A DNA stretch of 64,000 nucleotides, taken from Octopus bimaculoides (taxonomy: Eukaryota). The stretch is taken from contig NC_068999.1 in assembly GCF_001194135.2 (NCBI RefSeq), positions 36,886,296 through 36,950,295 on the forward strand. The letters run 5' to 3'. Positions within the stretch are counted from its first letter, which is position 1. Every line of letters starts with the position of its first letter. This document shows positions 44,842-57,696 of the stretch, one piece after another. Position numbers and translations under genes: made by a program. The notes beneath the pieces are model-generated. The model did not search any database and was not told the origin of the DNA. It was given only the letters and a program-made list of their open reading frames with translations.

Positions 44842-46500
44842 TATCTTACTCTAATGGGTGTTATCTCCGTCTGTCTGTCTGTTCCCTTTTCACGGTCAAA
44901 CAGCTGGACCAATGGTCACGATTGTTTTTTGGATTTACAAAGGAGGTAATCTGGAAGGCTTTTAGTGAAAAAAAATGTGAAAAAAGTATGATTATTTAGT
45001 GGATATTGAGTTTTGTATTAATAAATTACCTTTGATTTTTTTTTTTCTGTTAAAATTCCAGCGACCAGTATTAACTCTGGATTTCTCCCCATATANNNNN
45101 NNNNNGGCAGGAACGTTAGCACGCCGGGTGAAATGCTTAACAGTATTTCGTCTGCCGCTGCGTTTTGAGTTCAAATTCCGCCGTGGTCGACTTAGCCTTT
45201 CATCCTTTCGGGGTCGATAAATTAAGTACCAGTTACGCACTGGGGTCGATGTAATCGACTTAATCCGTTTGTCTGTCCTTGTTTGTCCCCTCTGTGTGTA
45301 GCCCCTTGTGGGTAGTAAAGAAATAACACTATCCCTTTATTTCCCATCGTAGATGGGCAGATTTACTATCTTACTATAATGGGCATTATGTCTGTCTGTT
45401 CCCTCTTCACAGCCAGACAGCTGGACCAATGGTTACAATATTTTCCAGGATTACAAAGACGGTTGTCAGGAAGGTTTTTAGCATTAAAAAATCAGAAAAT
45501 ACGATTGTTTTGTGGATATCGATTTTTGAATTGATAAACTTACCTTTGCATTTTTATTAAAAATTCACCAGCCACAAGTAACTATGGATTTTTATTGTAT
45601 AGTTTGTGGCCCAATCATAGATACGAAAGGGTCGTGATAATGGTTAATAGCAAGAATAAAATGGGAAAAGTATGTGTCAGTTTATAGTATGTGATTATTT
45701 AGTGGTTATTTAAGTGTCAGTCTCAAGTAAGATTCAAAACAGCTAATTGAAGCAGCTGTTGTTTACATCTCAGTTTTGTCAATCAAAATAGCCCATGGTA
45801 CCAGAACATCCAGACATTATTCACATAGAACAGTGAGAGGTTAGTCTTAGTTCGATTTTTTGCAACCCTAAAGATTCTACTTGTGCATTCACAGCAAACA
45901 AGGCACAGGGCCAGACTTTAGATTGCGTAGGTGTATTTTTACTCTTTCCAATGTTTACACACAGCCAGTTATACGTCACTATGAGTAGAGCAACGGACTC
46001 CAGTAATTTGAAAATTAATGTTGACCAAACAGAATGTAGTCTACAAAGAAGTTTTGTCATCATATTGATATTATCAAAAGAAATATGATTCATAATTTAA
46101 ATAAGGAAATTTGTGAACTTTGAATGTATAAGAGTATAAACAAAATAAAATAGTGTAAACAACTAAAAAATAAAAGTATATCTAAATAACATTTTTTTTC
46201 TTAATACTTTTTATGTGGTGGTCAAAGGAAGCTCTGGCTTTTGTTAGGAGTGGTCCACATAACTATTCATAATACAGAGGTTGGGAGCCTGTTCAGTTCG
46301 GGAGTGAATCATCATCACATATCACTTAGTCACAAATACATGTCATATTGCTGTATCACCAACAATAATGTGATTTCTCTAAGACATCATCCGGTAATCT
46401 ATCAAACCCATTTACACATTTCTCAATACATACTGCTGTTATGACTTCCGTGCCTCATTTTATGCCTCCATCGTAGATGGGTAGATTTGCTTGTCTATAT
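44842..46500 (+). mobile_element. Two related Helitron/HINE-like fragments with (GTCT)n
   Basis: 44842-45095 and 45365-45600 share tgtctgtctgttccc..cagctggaccaatgg; the hairpin ccatcgtagatgg occurs near 45345 and 46470. Confidence 0.45.
45106..45325 (+). mobile_element. SINE family B (GGCAG..GTTAGCACGCCGGG head, GAGTTCAAATTCC box B)
   Basis: Best-preserved copy. Decayed copies at about 9940-10120, 37935-38115, 41836-42040, 43690-43905, 58040-58460 (+) and 59700-60200 (-, two tandem). Confidence 0.88.
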
Positions 46501-46548
46501 AAATAATGTGACTGAAGTCATGAAAAATTGAGCATAAAAATGATCAAA

Positions 46549-46585
<37 letters not shown>

Positions 46586-46941
46586 NNNNNNNNNNNNNNN
46601 NNNNNNNNNNNNNNNNNNNNNNNNNNNNNNNNNNNNNNNNNNNNNNNNNNNNNNNNNNNNNNNNNNNNNNNNNNNNNNNNNNNNNNNNNNNNNNNNNNNN
46701 NNNNNNNNNNNNNNNNNNNNNNNNNNNNNNNNNNNNNNNNNNNNNNNNNNNNNNNNNNNNNNNNNNNNNNNNNNNNNNNNNNNNNNNNNNNNNNNNNNNN
46801 NNNNNNNNNNNNNNNNNNNNNNNNNNNNNNNNNNNNNNNNNNNNNNNNNNNNNNNNNNNNNNNNNNNNNNNNNNNNNNNNNNNNNNNNNNNNNNNNNNNN
46901 NNNNNNNNNNNNNNNNNNNNNNNNNNNNNNNNNNNNNNNNN

Positions 46942-47788
46942 GTATCCGGACTGTTGCCATAGTAACGAAGCTGAAACACTCAGAGTGAAGCCACTGGGCA
47001 AATATTGACCTTCAACTCGGCTGTGCATTTGCACTAAGTTTTAATGTTCTAGCTCACTTTTGCTGTTTACAGCAGTGCTCATCGCATTGACCATGACAAA
47101 GAAAGCTGACCAGAGAATCTGCATCAAATTTTGCCAAAAGCTTTGCAATACTTGCTCAGAGGCCTACATGAAATTATCAAAAATTTTCATTGTTCTCAAC
47201 ACAATCAAAGAGATCTTGTGCAACTGAAACCGGAGTGGCTTCTTGGTCAGCCGAAAGCAGTTTTGGCACAAACTTGGCAGACACGCATCTCATACCCAAA
47301 TCTTCAGTGATAATGGACTGAATCTGACAATAACTAATCTGCACACCCCGAATAACTCGCAGATGGTGATTTAACAATTTCTCCTCACAACTGCATGCAC
47401 ATTTGCGCTGTTTTTCTTAGTTCTGCTGGTCGTGGGTCTCCCAGAATATTCATCAGTATTGACATTTTTCGGCCACCTTGGAAACATCTGAACCACTTGT
47501 ACACTTATGTGTGGTTCATACACTCCTCTCCATACACTTTCTACAACTTTGGGTTGGCCTCTGAGCACGTATCGCCATAACTTTCTCTGTCATGGTCAAT
47601 ACAACAATCATATGCTACACACGTTCCTTCCAAGCACTGCTGTAAACAGCAGAAGTGAGCTAGGGTGTTAAAACTTAGTGCGCATGCACAGCAGAGTTCA
47701 AGGTTAATTTTTGCCCAGCAGCTTCACATGCTTTAGCTTTGTTACTATGGCAACAGTCTGGATACTTATTGACCAGACTTTGAATGTA
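46942..47788. mobile_element. Two convergent mariner left ends (fold-back)
   Basis: Plus strand MTKKADQRICIKFCQKL; minus strand YSGRPTTSRT and EDLGMRCVSAKFVPKLLS; TIR-like gtctggtcaataagtatccagact on the minus strand. Confidence 0.85.
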
Positions 47789-47789
47789 G

Positions 47790-47882
47790 ATATATATGTA
47801 TACATACATACATGTATATATATGTATGCATACATATATATATATATACATACATATATGTATATACACACAGACACATATG

Positions 47883-47935
<53 letters not shown>

Positions 47936-47950
47936 NNNNNNNNNNACACA

Positions 47951-47992
<42 letters not shown>

Positions 47993-48226
47993 TATGCATG
48001 TATACATATGCTAGCAGAGATACCTGGCATTGCCCATTATATCTATTGTTTGAATTTCTTTGAAATAGGAAATATATGTATGTTCACTGGGTTTGTAAAA
48101 GAGAACAAAGTGTATGTATGTGTGTGTGTGTGTGTATGTATACATATATATATATATATATATATGTATGTATATGTATGTGTGTGTGTGTATGTATACA
48201 TATATATATATGTGTATATATGTATG

Positions 48227-48263
<37 letters not shown>

Positions 48264-48290
48264 ATATATATGTAAATATATATACACAGG
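47790..48290. repeat. Compound (TA)n/(CA)n/(TG)n microsatellite block
   Basis: Direct inspection; similar blocks at 34360-34610, 30580-30782, 56260-56325 and 57270-57695. Confidence 0.95.
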
Positions 48291-48660
48291 AGTGGCTGTG
48301 TGGTAAGTAGCTTGCCTACCAACTACATAATTTTGGGTTCAGTCCCACTGCATGCACCTTGGGCAGGTCTCTTGTACTATAGCCTCGGGCTGACCAAAGC
48401 CTTGTGAGTGGACTTGGTATACGCAAAACGAAAGAAGCCCATCGTATATATGTATATGTTTGTGTGTCTGTGTTTGTCCCCACAACATCGCTTGACAACC
48501 AATGCTGGTGTGTTTGCGTCCCCCGTCACTTAGCGGTTTGGCAAGAGAGACTGATAAAATAAGTACTAGGCTTACAAAGAATAAGTCGTGGGGTCGATTT
48601 GCTCGACTAAAGGTGGTGCTCCAGCATTGCCGCAGTCAAATGACTGAAACAAATAAAAGA
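48289..48660 (+). mobile_element. SINE family A copy
   Basis: Colinear with 9232-9627. Confidence 0.9.
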
Positions 48661-48673
48661 ATATATATATGTG

Positions 48674-48729
<56 letters not shown>

Positions 48730-50678
48730 CACACACACACACACGCTCATATGAAAGAGGTGTGGGGATGCTCAGTTCTGAATAAGCCAGGTTACAATTC
48801 CAGTAAATTTCTTTTATTTCTTAGTATGTCAGTAGATGTGTCAACAAAATATTTTCTGGTCATTACAATACTGTTTGCAATGAACTGTCAGTAGTTTGAC
48901 GTACCTATCTGTGTGTGCATGTATGTGTGTGTGTGTGTGTTTTGGAGGAAAGGAGACGATACTAGGGATAGCTTGAATCAACAAAACACTACATAATGTG
49001 TAAAAGAGAGTTTACAGCAAGTTAATGGTCTCTTAACCTACTAGAACTGGCAGCCAAATTTCCCTCAAATAACACTCTCCTCAACATCGTTATCGTCTTC
49101 ATCATCATCATCCAACATCATTTTACACATGCTTTGCATATTGGCATGGAAATGGACAATTCATTATGGCTCAAATCAGTTCTTGGTTGGAGTTACTACC
49201 ATTCTAGACAAGTTGAACAACCACATCCTGCTCCTATGTTGCATTTTTGGAATAAATTTTACAGCTAAAAGCCTTTCTTAACACCAGCCTCTTTACAAAA
49301 TGTACTGGTGCATTTTTTATTGTGGAACCAGTGCCAATAAGGTTGTCTTGTCCTCAACCGGACTTCACCCTTTACCATTCAGATTACTCTGTTAAATGTA
49401 ATGTTTATCTATTCACATTATCTTGTATTAATCATGTATTATCTCGAGGCTTCAAGATTTCAATGTGATTGTTTATTCTTAGAATAACATTACAGGATAA
49501 GTGTAAGAGGCCAGATCTAGCTGGTTTGAACATAAAAATAAGTAGAATATTTGGGCCCAAAATGGCCTGTTTAAATGCTAAAGGGTTAGAGGTCCTCTTC
49601 ACTGTACATTTTCTGCCAGTCGCTTTGCAGTGTGTACTGTGCGCATTTTATAAAGGCAACAGCCCTAGCCTGGTTGCTTTGTGCCCTGCAAGACTGAAGA
49701 ATTTTCACTACTCAAGTTCACTCACAAGGCATTTGCTGGCCTATGCAACAGTGTAAAGCACTTGCCCAAGATGCTGTCCAAAACCATGTAGTTGTGAAGC
49801 AGACTTGTTAATCATGCGAGTGAATATGATTTTATAGGTGCTATGACATGCCATCAGCAAGAAGCATGCTTCCCAAGCACATGGTTCAGGGTTGAATCCC
49901 ACTGCATGGCACGTTGGGCAAGTATCTCCTACTGTAGCTTCGGGTCGACCAAAGCCTTGTGAGTGGATTTGGTAGATGGAAACTGAAAGAAGCTCATCAT
50001 CATTTAACATCCATTGTCCATGCTGGCATGGGTTGGATGGTTTGACCAGGGTTGGCAAGCTGGAAGGTTGCACCAAACTCCAGTCTGATTTGGCATGGTT
50101 TCTATGGCTAGATGCCCTTCCTAACACCAACACTCTGAGAGTGTAATGGGTGCTTTTACATGCCACCAGCATAGATACCATTAGCCTGACACCAGTATCT
50201 TGATGGCTTGATGGGTCTTCTCAAGCACAACATAATGCCTAGGTCAGTCATTCATCATTTCCTCCATGAATGTATGTGTGTCCTTGTGTTTGTCTCCCAC
50301 TACCCCTTGACAACCGGTGTTGATATGTTTACATCCCTGTAACTTTGCAGTTCGGCAAAAGATACCAATAGGATAAGTACCAGCCTTAACAAAAAATAAG
50401 TATTGAGGTCGATTCATTCAACTAAAAATTCTTCAAGGCGGTGCTCCTGCATGGCTGCAGTCTAATAACTGAAACTAGTAAAAGATCGAAAATACAGATG
50501 AGTTTTAAAATTGTGTTAAAAGGGAAAATGGTACAAATGAGACACTTTGCTATGAATGCATGCACTTATGCTGTGTATTAAAAAAATACTCCAGTATTCC
50601 ATGACACAGTGGTTGAAAATAACTTCTTTCCGCAGTTACAGCAGTTAAATCTCCCTGTTACTCTACCCTTGCATTACA

Positions 50679-51200
50679 TTACATATCCTGTAGTCTGGTT
50701 GACCGCTGGGGCATCACTGATGACTTAGTGACCAGATCCTTCCACCCATGTTTGTCTTCTGCCTCGCACACTGCATCTCTCATCTTGAGGCCTACCCACT
50801 CACAGATGTTGTTTTCCCACCCTTTTCTCTGTCTGCGTCTGCTACCTTTGACTGTTCCCTGATGAGCAGGTGACATACCCAAATCACCTGAGCTTGTGTT
50901 TTTGTATAAGAGGTTCCTCATAGGGCCCTATAACCTGCTTTATTCTTCTTTTCACTTCCTCATTTGTGACACGATCTCTCTATGATATTCCCAAAAGACC
51001 CCTGAAACATTTCATCTCTGTAGCCTTATTACCTTAAAAAAGAAAAGGCACATGAGTTGGGTATAAGATGTTTTCCCCGTTTTGACTCTGCCTGTTTATA
51101 TAGCATTACTGATTTAACAAACACTGATTTATTTGACATTGGATGCTTTATCCTCAGGACACTTTGGTGGCCTGGAAATTTTGTTTTTATTCTTGTTGAC
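50679..51200 (-). mobile_element. Decayed RTE-type LINE C-terminal fragment (different subfamily)
   Basis: QGTVKGSRRRQRKGWENNICEWVGL..WKDLVTKSSVMPQR. Confidence 0.75.
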
Positions 51201-51972
51201 AACTAACTTGTCGCAATGACTAATCTGCTTGTCTACTAAACTTCATTTAACTTTGTTTCATTTTATGCACACCAATGGCTAGTGAAAGTATTTATGTCAA
51301 TTAGTTTCACTTAATAAATTGTAATCCCTCTCTCCCTCTCCCCCTCTCTTTCTCCCTCTTTCATCATCATCATCATTTAACATCCGTTTTCCATGTTGGC
51401 ATAGGTTGGGTGGTTTGACTGGAGTCAGGGGCCTCACTAGACTCCATTGTCTGTTCTGACATGGTTTCTACAGCTCGATGCCCTTCCTAATGCCAACCAC
51501 TCCACAGTGTATTGAGTACTATTTACGTGGTACCAACACTGGTATCAATTCTGTTGTGATAGATGAGTCTTTTTGAGTACAGCAAGGTACCAGATATTTT
51601 GCTCCTTAGTCATCTCCTTCATAAGGCTTAGTGTCTTGAGATCAGCCTTCAACAATTCGTCCCATGGCTTCCTGGGTCTCCCTCTTCCACAAGTTCCATC
51701 TATTTTGTGATTCGCACTTCTGTTTGCAACTGTTATATTTCTTCTTATGTTGGTGTATGCCTCCAGTGCTAAAATGTACTGTTGTCAAAACAGATTCAAT
51801 GTCCGGTCAGCTGTGCCAAAACACCAGTGTCCAAACAGCTGCACCTATTCATCTCATTCTAACATGAGATATTGTAAACATAGATGCACCACTATTTGCT
51901 GGAAGGTCATAGCAAGAATCTCTTTGATCAGGATTGACCTGAGACTAATCAACAACAAATACCATTTCTTTA

Positions 51973-52188
51973 ACCCTTTAGTGTTTAAACCGGCCATATC
52001 TGGCCAAAATTGTCTTGTTTTATGCTCAAATCAGCCAGCTCTGACTTCTCACACCTGCCCTACAAAGTCATTCTAAAAATAAACAGGGGCATTATCAAAA
52101 TCTCAGTTACAAGATGCTGTACAATTAATTTAAAACAATGTAATTAAACAGGCTTTACATTTGTCAGAGTAATCTGAATGCTAAAGGG
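51973..52188. mobile_element. piggyBac-type MITE
   Basis: TTAA|CCCTTTTAG...CTAAAGGG|TTAA. Confidence 0.8.
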
Positions 52189-53089
52189 TTAATCTTTTCC
52201 TGGTCCTATTTTTTTTAAGAAGATTATACTATATATGTTTCTGTTAATTACGTTTTGAAATAATTATTTGGATGCAATTTAACAAAATTAAATTAAAACC
52301 TTTATTGTTTGTTTATTGATGTTTAACTGCAGAACATAAGGAAACATTGTTACATAAATCATTTTATCAAATCTTTATTAATGTATTAAACTGTAAAACA
52401 TAACAGAAGGTTGTTACATAAAACTGAATTTTATCCAATGTTTATCCCATATCCAGTGGTAGAGTAGTTTTGATAGATACTTCTGACACTCAGGGTCAGA
52501 TCTTGCTGGGTCAACTTTCTTTCTTTACATATCTATTGAGTCAGGACTGACCCAGGATGAAAGAACAATAACATCATGGACTTAGCAATGTGAGCCAATG
52601 AAGGAGCCTGTGTATTTTTGCTTGACTTCACAGAAAGAAAAAAAACTGTCAAATCTCCCTCAAATCACACTCTGCTGTGTTTAAAAAAAAAAGGACTGGC
52701 CCAGGTAGATGGATTGGTGGAACTGTAAGAACATCAGCCTTTTGCTTTCTGAGTTCAAATTCTCTATGGTCTACTTAGTTGGTAGACTTAATCTGTCTCC
52801 TGGTTGAACCTCATGCAGCATTGTGGATGCGTTCAGCAGAATATACCCTGATGCAGGCATTCAAGCTGGTATCTTTTCTCCTTCCTCCCATTGTTTCAGA
52901 GGCTTTGTGAAAATCTATAGGCAGTGCCTTCCCTCTTGACTGGGGAAAAAAAAAATATTGTTTTTTGAATCCCCTTTTATGAGATAGAGTGTGATTATTA
53001 TTTATCGATTTATATATGGTGGCAAGTTGGCAGAACCATTAACATGCCAGGCAAAATGCTTAGCAGCATTTTATCCATCTTTATGTTCT

Positions 53090-54350
53090 CACTGTCTTTA
53101 CGAAAAGACAGTGAGTCAGCACCTGGTGAGGTACATCCATGCTGTCCAATACTGTAGTAGGACACTGGACAGAGGGACCGGTTAAATTGCTCATGGTCTG
53201 GTGTGGTCCAGATCTCCAGCTGAAGAAGAACTGAGATGAGATGACAAACAGGGTGGCCAATCTCACCCAGAAATGATCTGAGTGAAAACTATCTCTGGAA
53301 GTCAGCCAGAGTTGGCAGATGCATGCATCACTGCCATTATATATTTCCGCTTGACTGCTGTGCTTTGTCCCAGTTACTTTTGACCAAACTAGAGGGCATA
53401 CTCTTCTGCTTTTTGTAGATGGGACATATTCCACTGGTTAGGTGCTCCATTTGTTGTCCACATTGCCTGAATGGAAAACTGGGCATGCACTGAGGCTATG
53501 ACATCACCAGCATTTCTTCAGTGGTGAGCAGGTGTGCTTACTGTTTGTCAGACTTGCTTTTCCATAGCTTGTCTCTTTGACTGAGCTGCAGCTTTGGGTC
53601 TAATATAGACTGAAGCTGGGTGCCTGACACCTAGAGTGTTGTCAGGCATTTAGTCCTTTGTCAGTCAAGCAATGCTGTCATTGGAAGTTCTAAAGAGGGT
53701 TAGTGGCAGGAAAGTGCAATGACGTTCTTAGGGAGACTCTAGGTGTTGATGAGAATCAACTGGCTGGTCTGTTCTGGAGGACTTTTGGGCCAGGGCCCAC
53801 GGTTAATTTCCAGAAATCTTTGACCTGGTAGTGCTAGTGCAGGGCATTGTTAGTTCAAGATAAACTCTATAGGCATGCAAGTGCCATAAGCTGGGCTTGC
53901 CCAAGATGCATGCAGAGTGACTAAATTGTTCTGCATGTTCTCATTCAGTGCCTGAGCATTGCTGTCTTGTGGGTTTATGTAAAACACCTGCTGTCACATG
54001 GCGGCTGGATTCGGCTAACTGCTGAGTCCATTTTGAAGATCATCCTGCCACCAGGAAAGGCAGGTAGTGTTTGTTTGGTAGTTTTAGCAAAAGAGATTAT
54101 GTGGTGGACCTCATGGAAAGGGCTTAAAACAGACACTTTCCTCTTCGACCAAGCCCTCATCAACTTTTTCCAGTTTCACTTGAAAAGGAAAGTGAGAGTA
54201 AAGAATTGTCAAGAATGGTCCGAGTTAATGGGCCTACTCTAAGCATGCACCTCTAGATTGAAGGATGACAATGGGAAAGGGTGTTTGCCCTAGTGGTCTG
54301 GGCAACCATGGTTTTGTGGGGTTTCTGCAAGCAGTCCTAGGATGTCTCAC
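53090..54350 (-). mobile_element. Heavily decayed LINE-like remnant
   Basis: GC-richer unique stretch; weak minus-strand similarity to the pre-RT PIxK..NYRPISL region (ICPIYKK; DHTRP..PVPLSSVL). Confidence 0.35.
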
Positions 54351-54417
54351 TCGTTTGGGAAATTATTCATCATTACAATTTATATTCAGTTCTATATTTA
54401 AGAGATGAGGAATTATG

Positions 54418-54538
54418 TACATTATTTACATTTGATGGATATTTGTCCTCTTCTTGTTTGTTGTTAACGAAGCATCTTGTTTGTTGTGTCAACAACAAAC
54501 AAGATGAGGACAAATATCTATCAAATGTAAATAATGTA
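54418..54538. repeat. Near-perfect inverted repeat, 48-bp arms, 25-nt loop
   Basis: 54418-54465 vs 54491-54538, 2 mismatches. Confidence 0.95.
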
Positions 54539-54713
54539 GAATTTATATTGTTAGCGTTTCTTCTTTTTATATGCTTTTTTTTATGTAACCCCCAACGTTG
54601 TACCATCCCCAACGTTTTTTTATGAACCCTCAGTGGTGAATAAAGAAAGCTTCATTATTATCATCATGGTTGTCGCCATCTTTATTATTATTGTTATTGG
54701 ATTTTAATTGTAG

Positions 54714-55117
54714 GTGATGGTGCTCCTCTTGAAAATATGTCTGCCCTCCGCCACCAAGTGGAGGCCATACGCGACAGCAGAGGACAGCAGCAGCAGCAAC
54801 AACCACAACAGCAGCATCCACAACAACCGCAGAGATCCCTGCCGTCTCCATTACAAGCAGCAACCCATCCATTGCCATCATCCACATCCTTGTCAGCAGC
54901 GTCGTCGTCATCGTCAGCCTCGTCATTGTCTTCGTCTTCATCATCATCATTATCATCGTCCTCATCCCATCAGCTGTCCCAACACCACCACCAGACCCCA
55001 GTGAACAACACCAACAATATGAGAGCCAGCTGCAATGTTGTGGCAGCCACCACCTCTTCGAATTTGAATAATGCCAGTGCCAAACAGAACAATGTTGACC
55101 GAGAGGTTCAGTCTCAG
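54714..55117 (+). CDS. Internal coding exon of the unidentified gene; Gln/Ser/His-rich low-complexity N-terminal region
   Basis: ttttaattgtag acceptor (phase 1), 404 nt open (DGAPLENMSALRHQVEAIRDSRGQQQQ...NNVDREVQSQ), cag|gtatca donor (phase 0); markedly higher GC than its flanks. Confidence 0.75.
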
Positions 55118-55509
55118 GTATCATACTTACTTTATCCTATCTCTCCTTCTCTCTCCTCCTCCCTCTCTGTTTCCCTTTCCTCCTCTCTCGCTCTCTCCCT
55201 CCACACACACACCTCCACATTTGTAATTACTAATCAGGGTGGTCATTAACTAACTACTCGGAACTGCTCAGAAATTAAGTAATTGTTAATCTTCTTTATC
55301 TTATTACACATGAACCAGAGAGAGAGAGCCACTACATCGTCAATCTGACTACTAGAAATAGTGGTGAAATTATCCTCAACTCACACCTTAAACCTTTTCA
55401 TTCCCCTATTTCTGTTGAAGCACACTGCTTTTGTTTCAATTAATTTTGAAGATAATGAAAAAATTCAGTAAAATAACTTTCTTGGTATTTATCTGGTGTT
55501 TGGAACATA

Positions 55510-55782
55510 TGTCTTGCAAACAACTCTCACATGCAAGTGCTACCAGTCGAGAACTCCGCATACCAGAAGCCAATCAGGTGAGAATGCGTGCCGTTTCGGG
55601 GCCTACCTCTCGATGGCATCAATGCGCACCGGCCCCCCTCACTGATATGAGGCCCCGCTTACTAGATCAACTGGTTATTAAAAACAAAGCTCAATATTTC
55701 TCTAGCCATCGCTCATCTTCTCTTTTTAACCAAATCCAGTGGCTAGCCTTCTCCACTGTATTTTGGATATCGGTCATGGTGA
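55510..55782 (-). mobile_element. 5'-truncated 3' end of an RLE-type (R4/Dong/Rex6-like) retrotransposon with 11-bp TSD
   Basis: Minus frame TDIQNTVEKASHWIWLKREDERWLEKY*; TSD TTTGGAACATA at 55499-55509 and 55783-55793. The clade assignment is from recall. Confidence 0.65.
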
Positions 55783-56262
55783 TTTGGAACATAAATTAAT
55801 GTGAACTTTTGATGAAAGGTTTTAATTAAGATCTTAATGAAACAAGGAATTTGTATCATAGAACCATAGGTGGTTTCAGGTGGGGTAGATAGCAAAAGGG
55901 TTAAAACAACCAAAGAAATCAAGGATGGTTTGAAGAATGTAGTCCTGCATACATTACTTATGAATTAAAGATTGGATAGGCACAACTGGAATGTCTTAGA
56001 TCATGGCTAACATAGGGCTAAACAATTGGATGTATTCTTTTATTCTTTTATTTGTTTCAGTCATTTGACTGGTGCCATGCTGGAGCACCACCTTAAAGGG
56101 ATTTTTAGCCAAAAAACAACCCCAGGACTTATTCTTTTGTATGCTAAGTACTTATTCTTTGGATCTTTTTTGCCGAATTGCGAAGTTACAGGGATGTAAA
56201 CACACCAACATCAGTTGTCAAATGGTGGGGAAACAAACAGACACATACACATAATTATATAT

Positions 56263-56326
<64 letters not shown>

Positions 56327-57274
56327 GATGGGCTTCTTGCAGTTTCTGTCTACCACATCCTTTCACAAGGCTTTGAACTGCCTGAGGCTATAGTAGAAGA
56401 CACTTTCCCCAGGTGCCATGCAGTAAGGCTGAACTTGGAACCATGTGGTTGGGGAGCAAGCTTCTTACCACACAGTCACGCCTGTGCTCATCATCAGCAT
56501 TTTAATGCCCACTTTTCCATGTGTACAGGAGTCAGATGAAATTTGTTGAGGTGGACTTTCTACGACTGGAAGCCCTTCCTGTCACCAACCCTCACCTGTT
56601 TCTAAGAAAGGTAATATTTCCCCATAACCAGACACGTTTTCATGGAATACTGGAAATGGACATTGTTTGCGTGATTATGTTACTTATTTATAATCATCAT
56701 GCAATATCAAGGCAAAAACACAGTAACACACACATGCACGACAGGCTTCTTTCAGTTTCTATCTACCAAATCTACTCACAAGTCTTTGTTCAGCCCAGAG
56801 CTGTAACAGAAGACAGTTGCCTGAAGTGTCATACAGTGGGACTGAACCCGAAACCATGTGGTTAGGAAGCAAACTTCTTACCACACACCTACACCACATA
56901 TGTGCTAAATATACTGTGTGCGTGTATGTGTGTATATATGTTTCTTTTATCTTGTTTCTCTCATTAGACTGTGGCCATGCTGGGGCACTGCCTCGAGGAA
57001 TTTTTATTTGAATGAATTGACCCCAGTACTTGTTTTTAAGCTTGGTACTTATTCTATTAATCTCTCTTGTCAAATCGTTAAGCTACAGGGACATGAATGC
57101 ACCAACTCTGGTTGTAAGCAGTGGTGGGGGCTTCTCTCAGTTTCTGTCTACTAAATCCATTCACAGGGGTTTGGTCAGCTCAAGACTATAGTAGAAGACA
57201 CATGCCTTAGGTGCTGCACTGTGGGACTGAACCCGGAACCATGCGGTTGGGAAGCAAGCTTCTTGCCATACAAC

Positions 57275-57328
<54 letters not shown>

Positions 57329-57623
57329 NNNNNNNNNNNNNNNNNNNNNNNNNNNNNNNNNNNNNNNNNNNNNNNNNNNNNNNNNNNNNNNNNNNNNNNN
57401 NNNNNNNNNNNNNNNNNNNNNNNNNNNNNNNNNNNNNNNNNNNNNNNNNNNNNNNNNNNNNNNNNNNNNNNNNNNNNNNNNNNNNNNNNNNNNNNNNNNN
57501 NNNNNNNNNNNNNNNNNNNNNNNNNNNNNNNNNNNNNNNNNNNNNNNNNNNNNNNNNNNNNNNNNNNNNNNNNNNNNNNNNNNNNNNNNNNNNNNNNNNN
57601 NNNNNNNNNNNNNNNNNNNNNNN

Positions 57624-57696
<73 letters not shown>

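Noticed and set aside
54630-55124. Antisense and alternate-frame ORFs over the Q/S-rich exon
   Set aside because: Shadow frames of triplet repeats; only the plus frame has matching splice phases.
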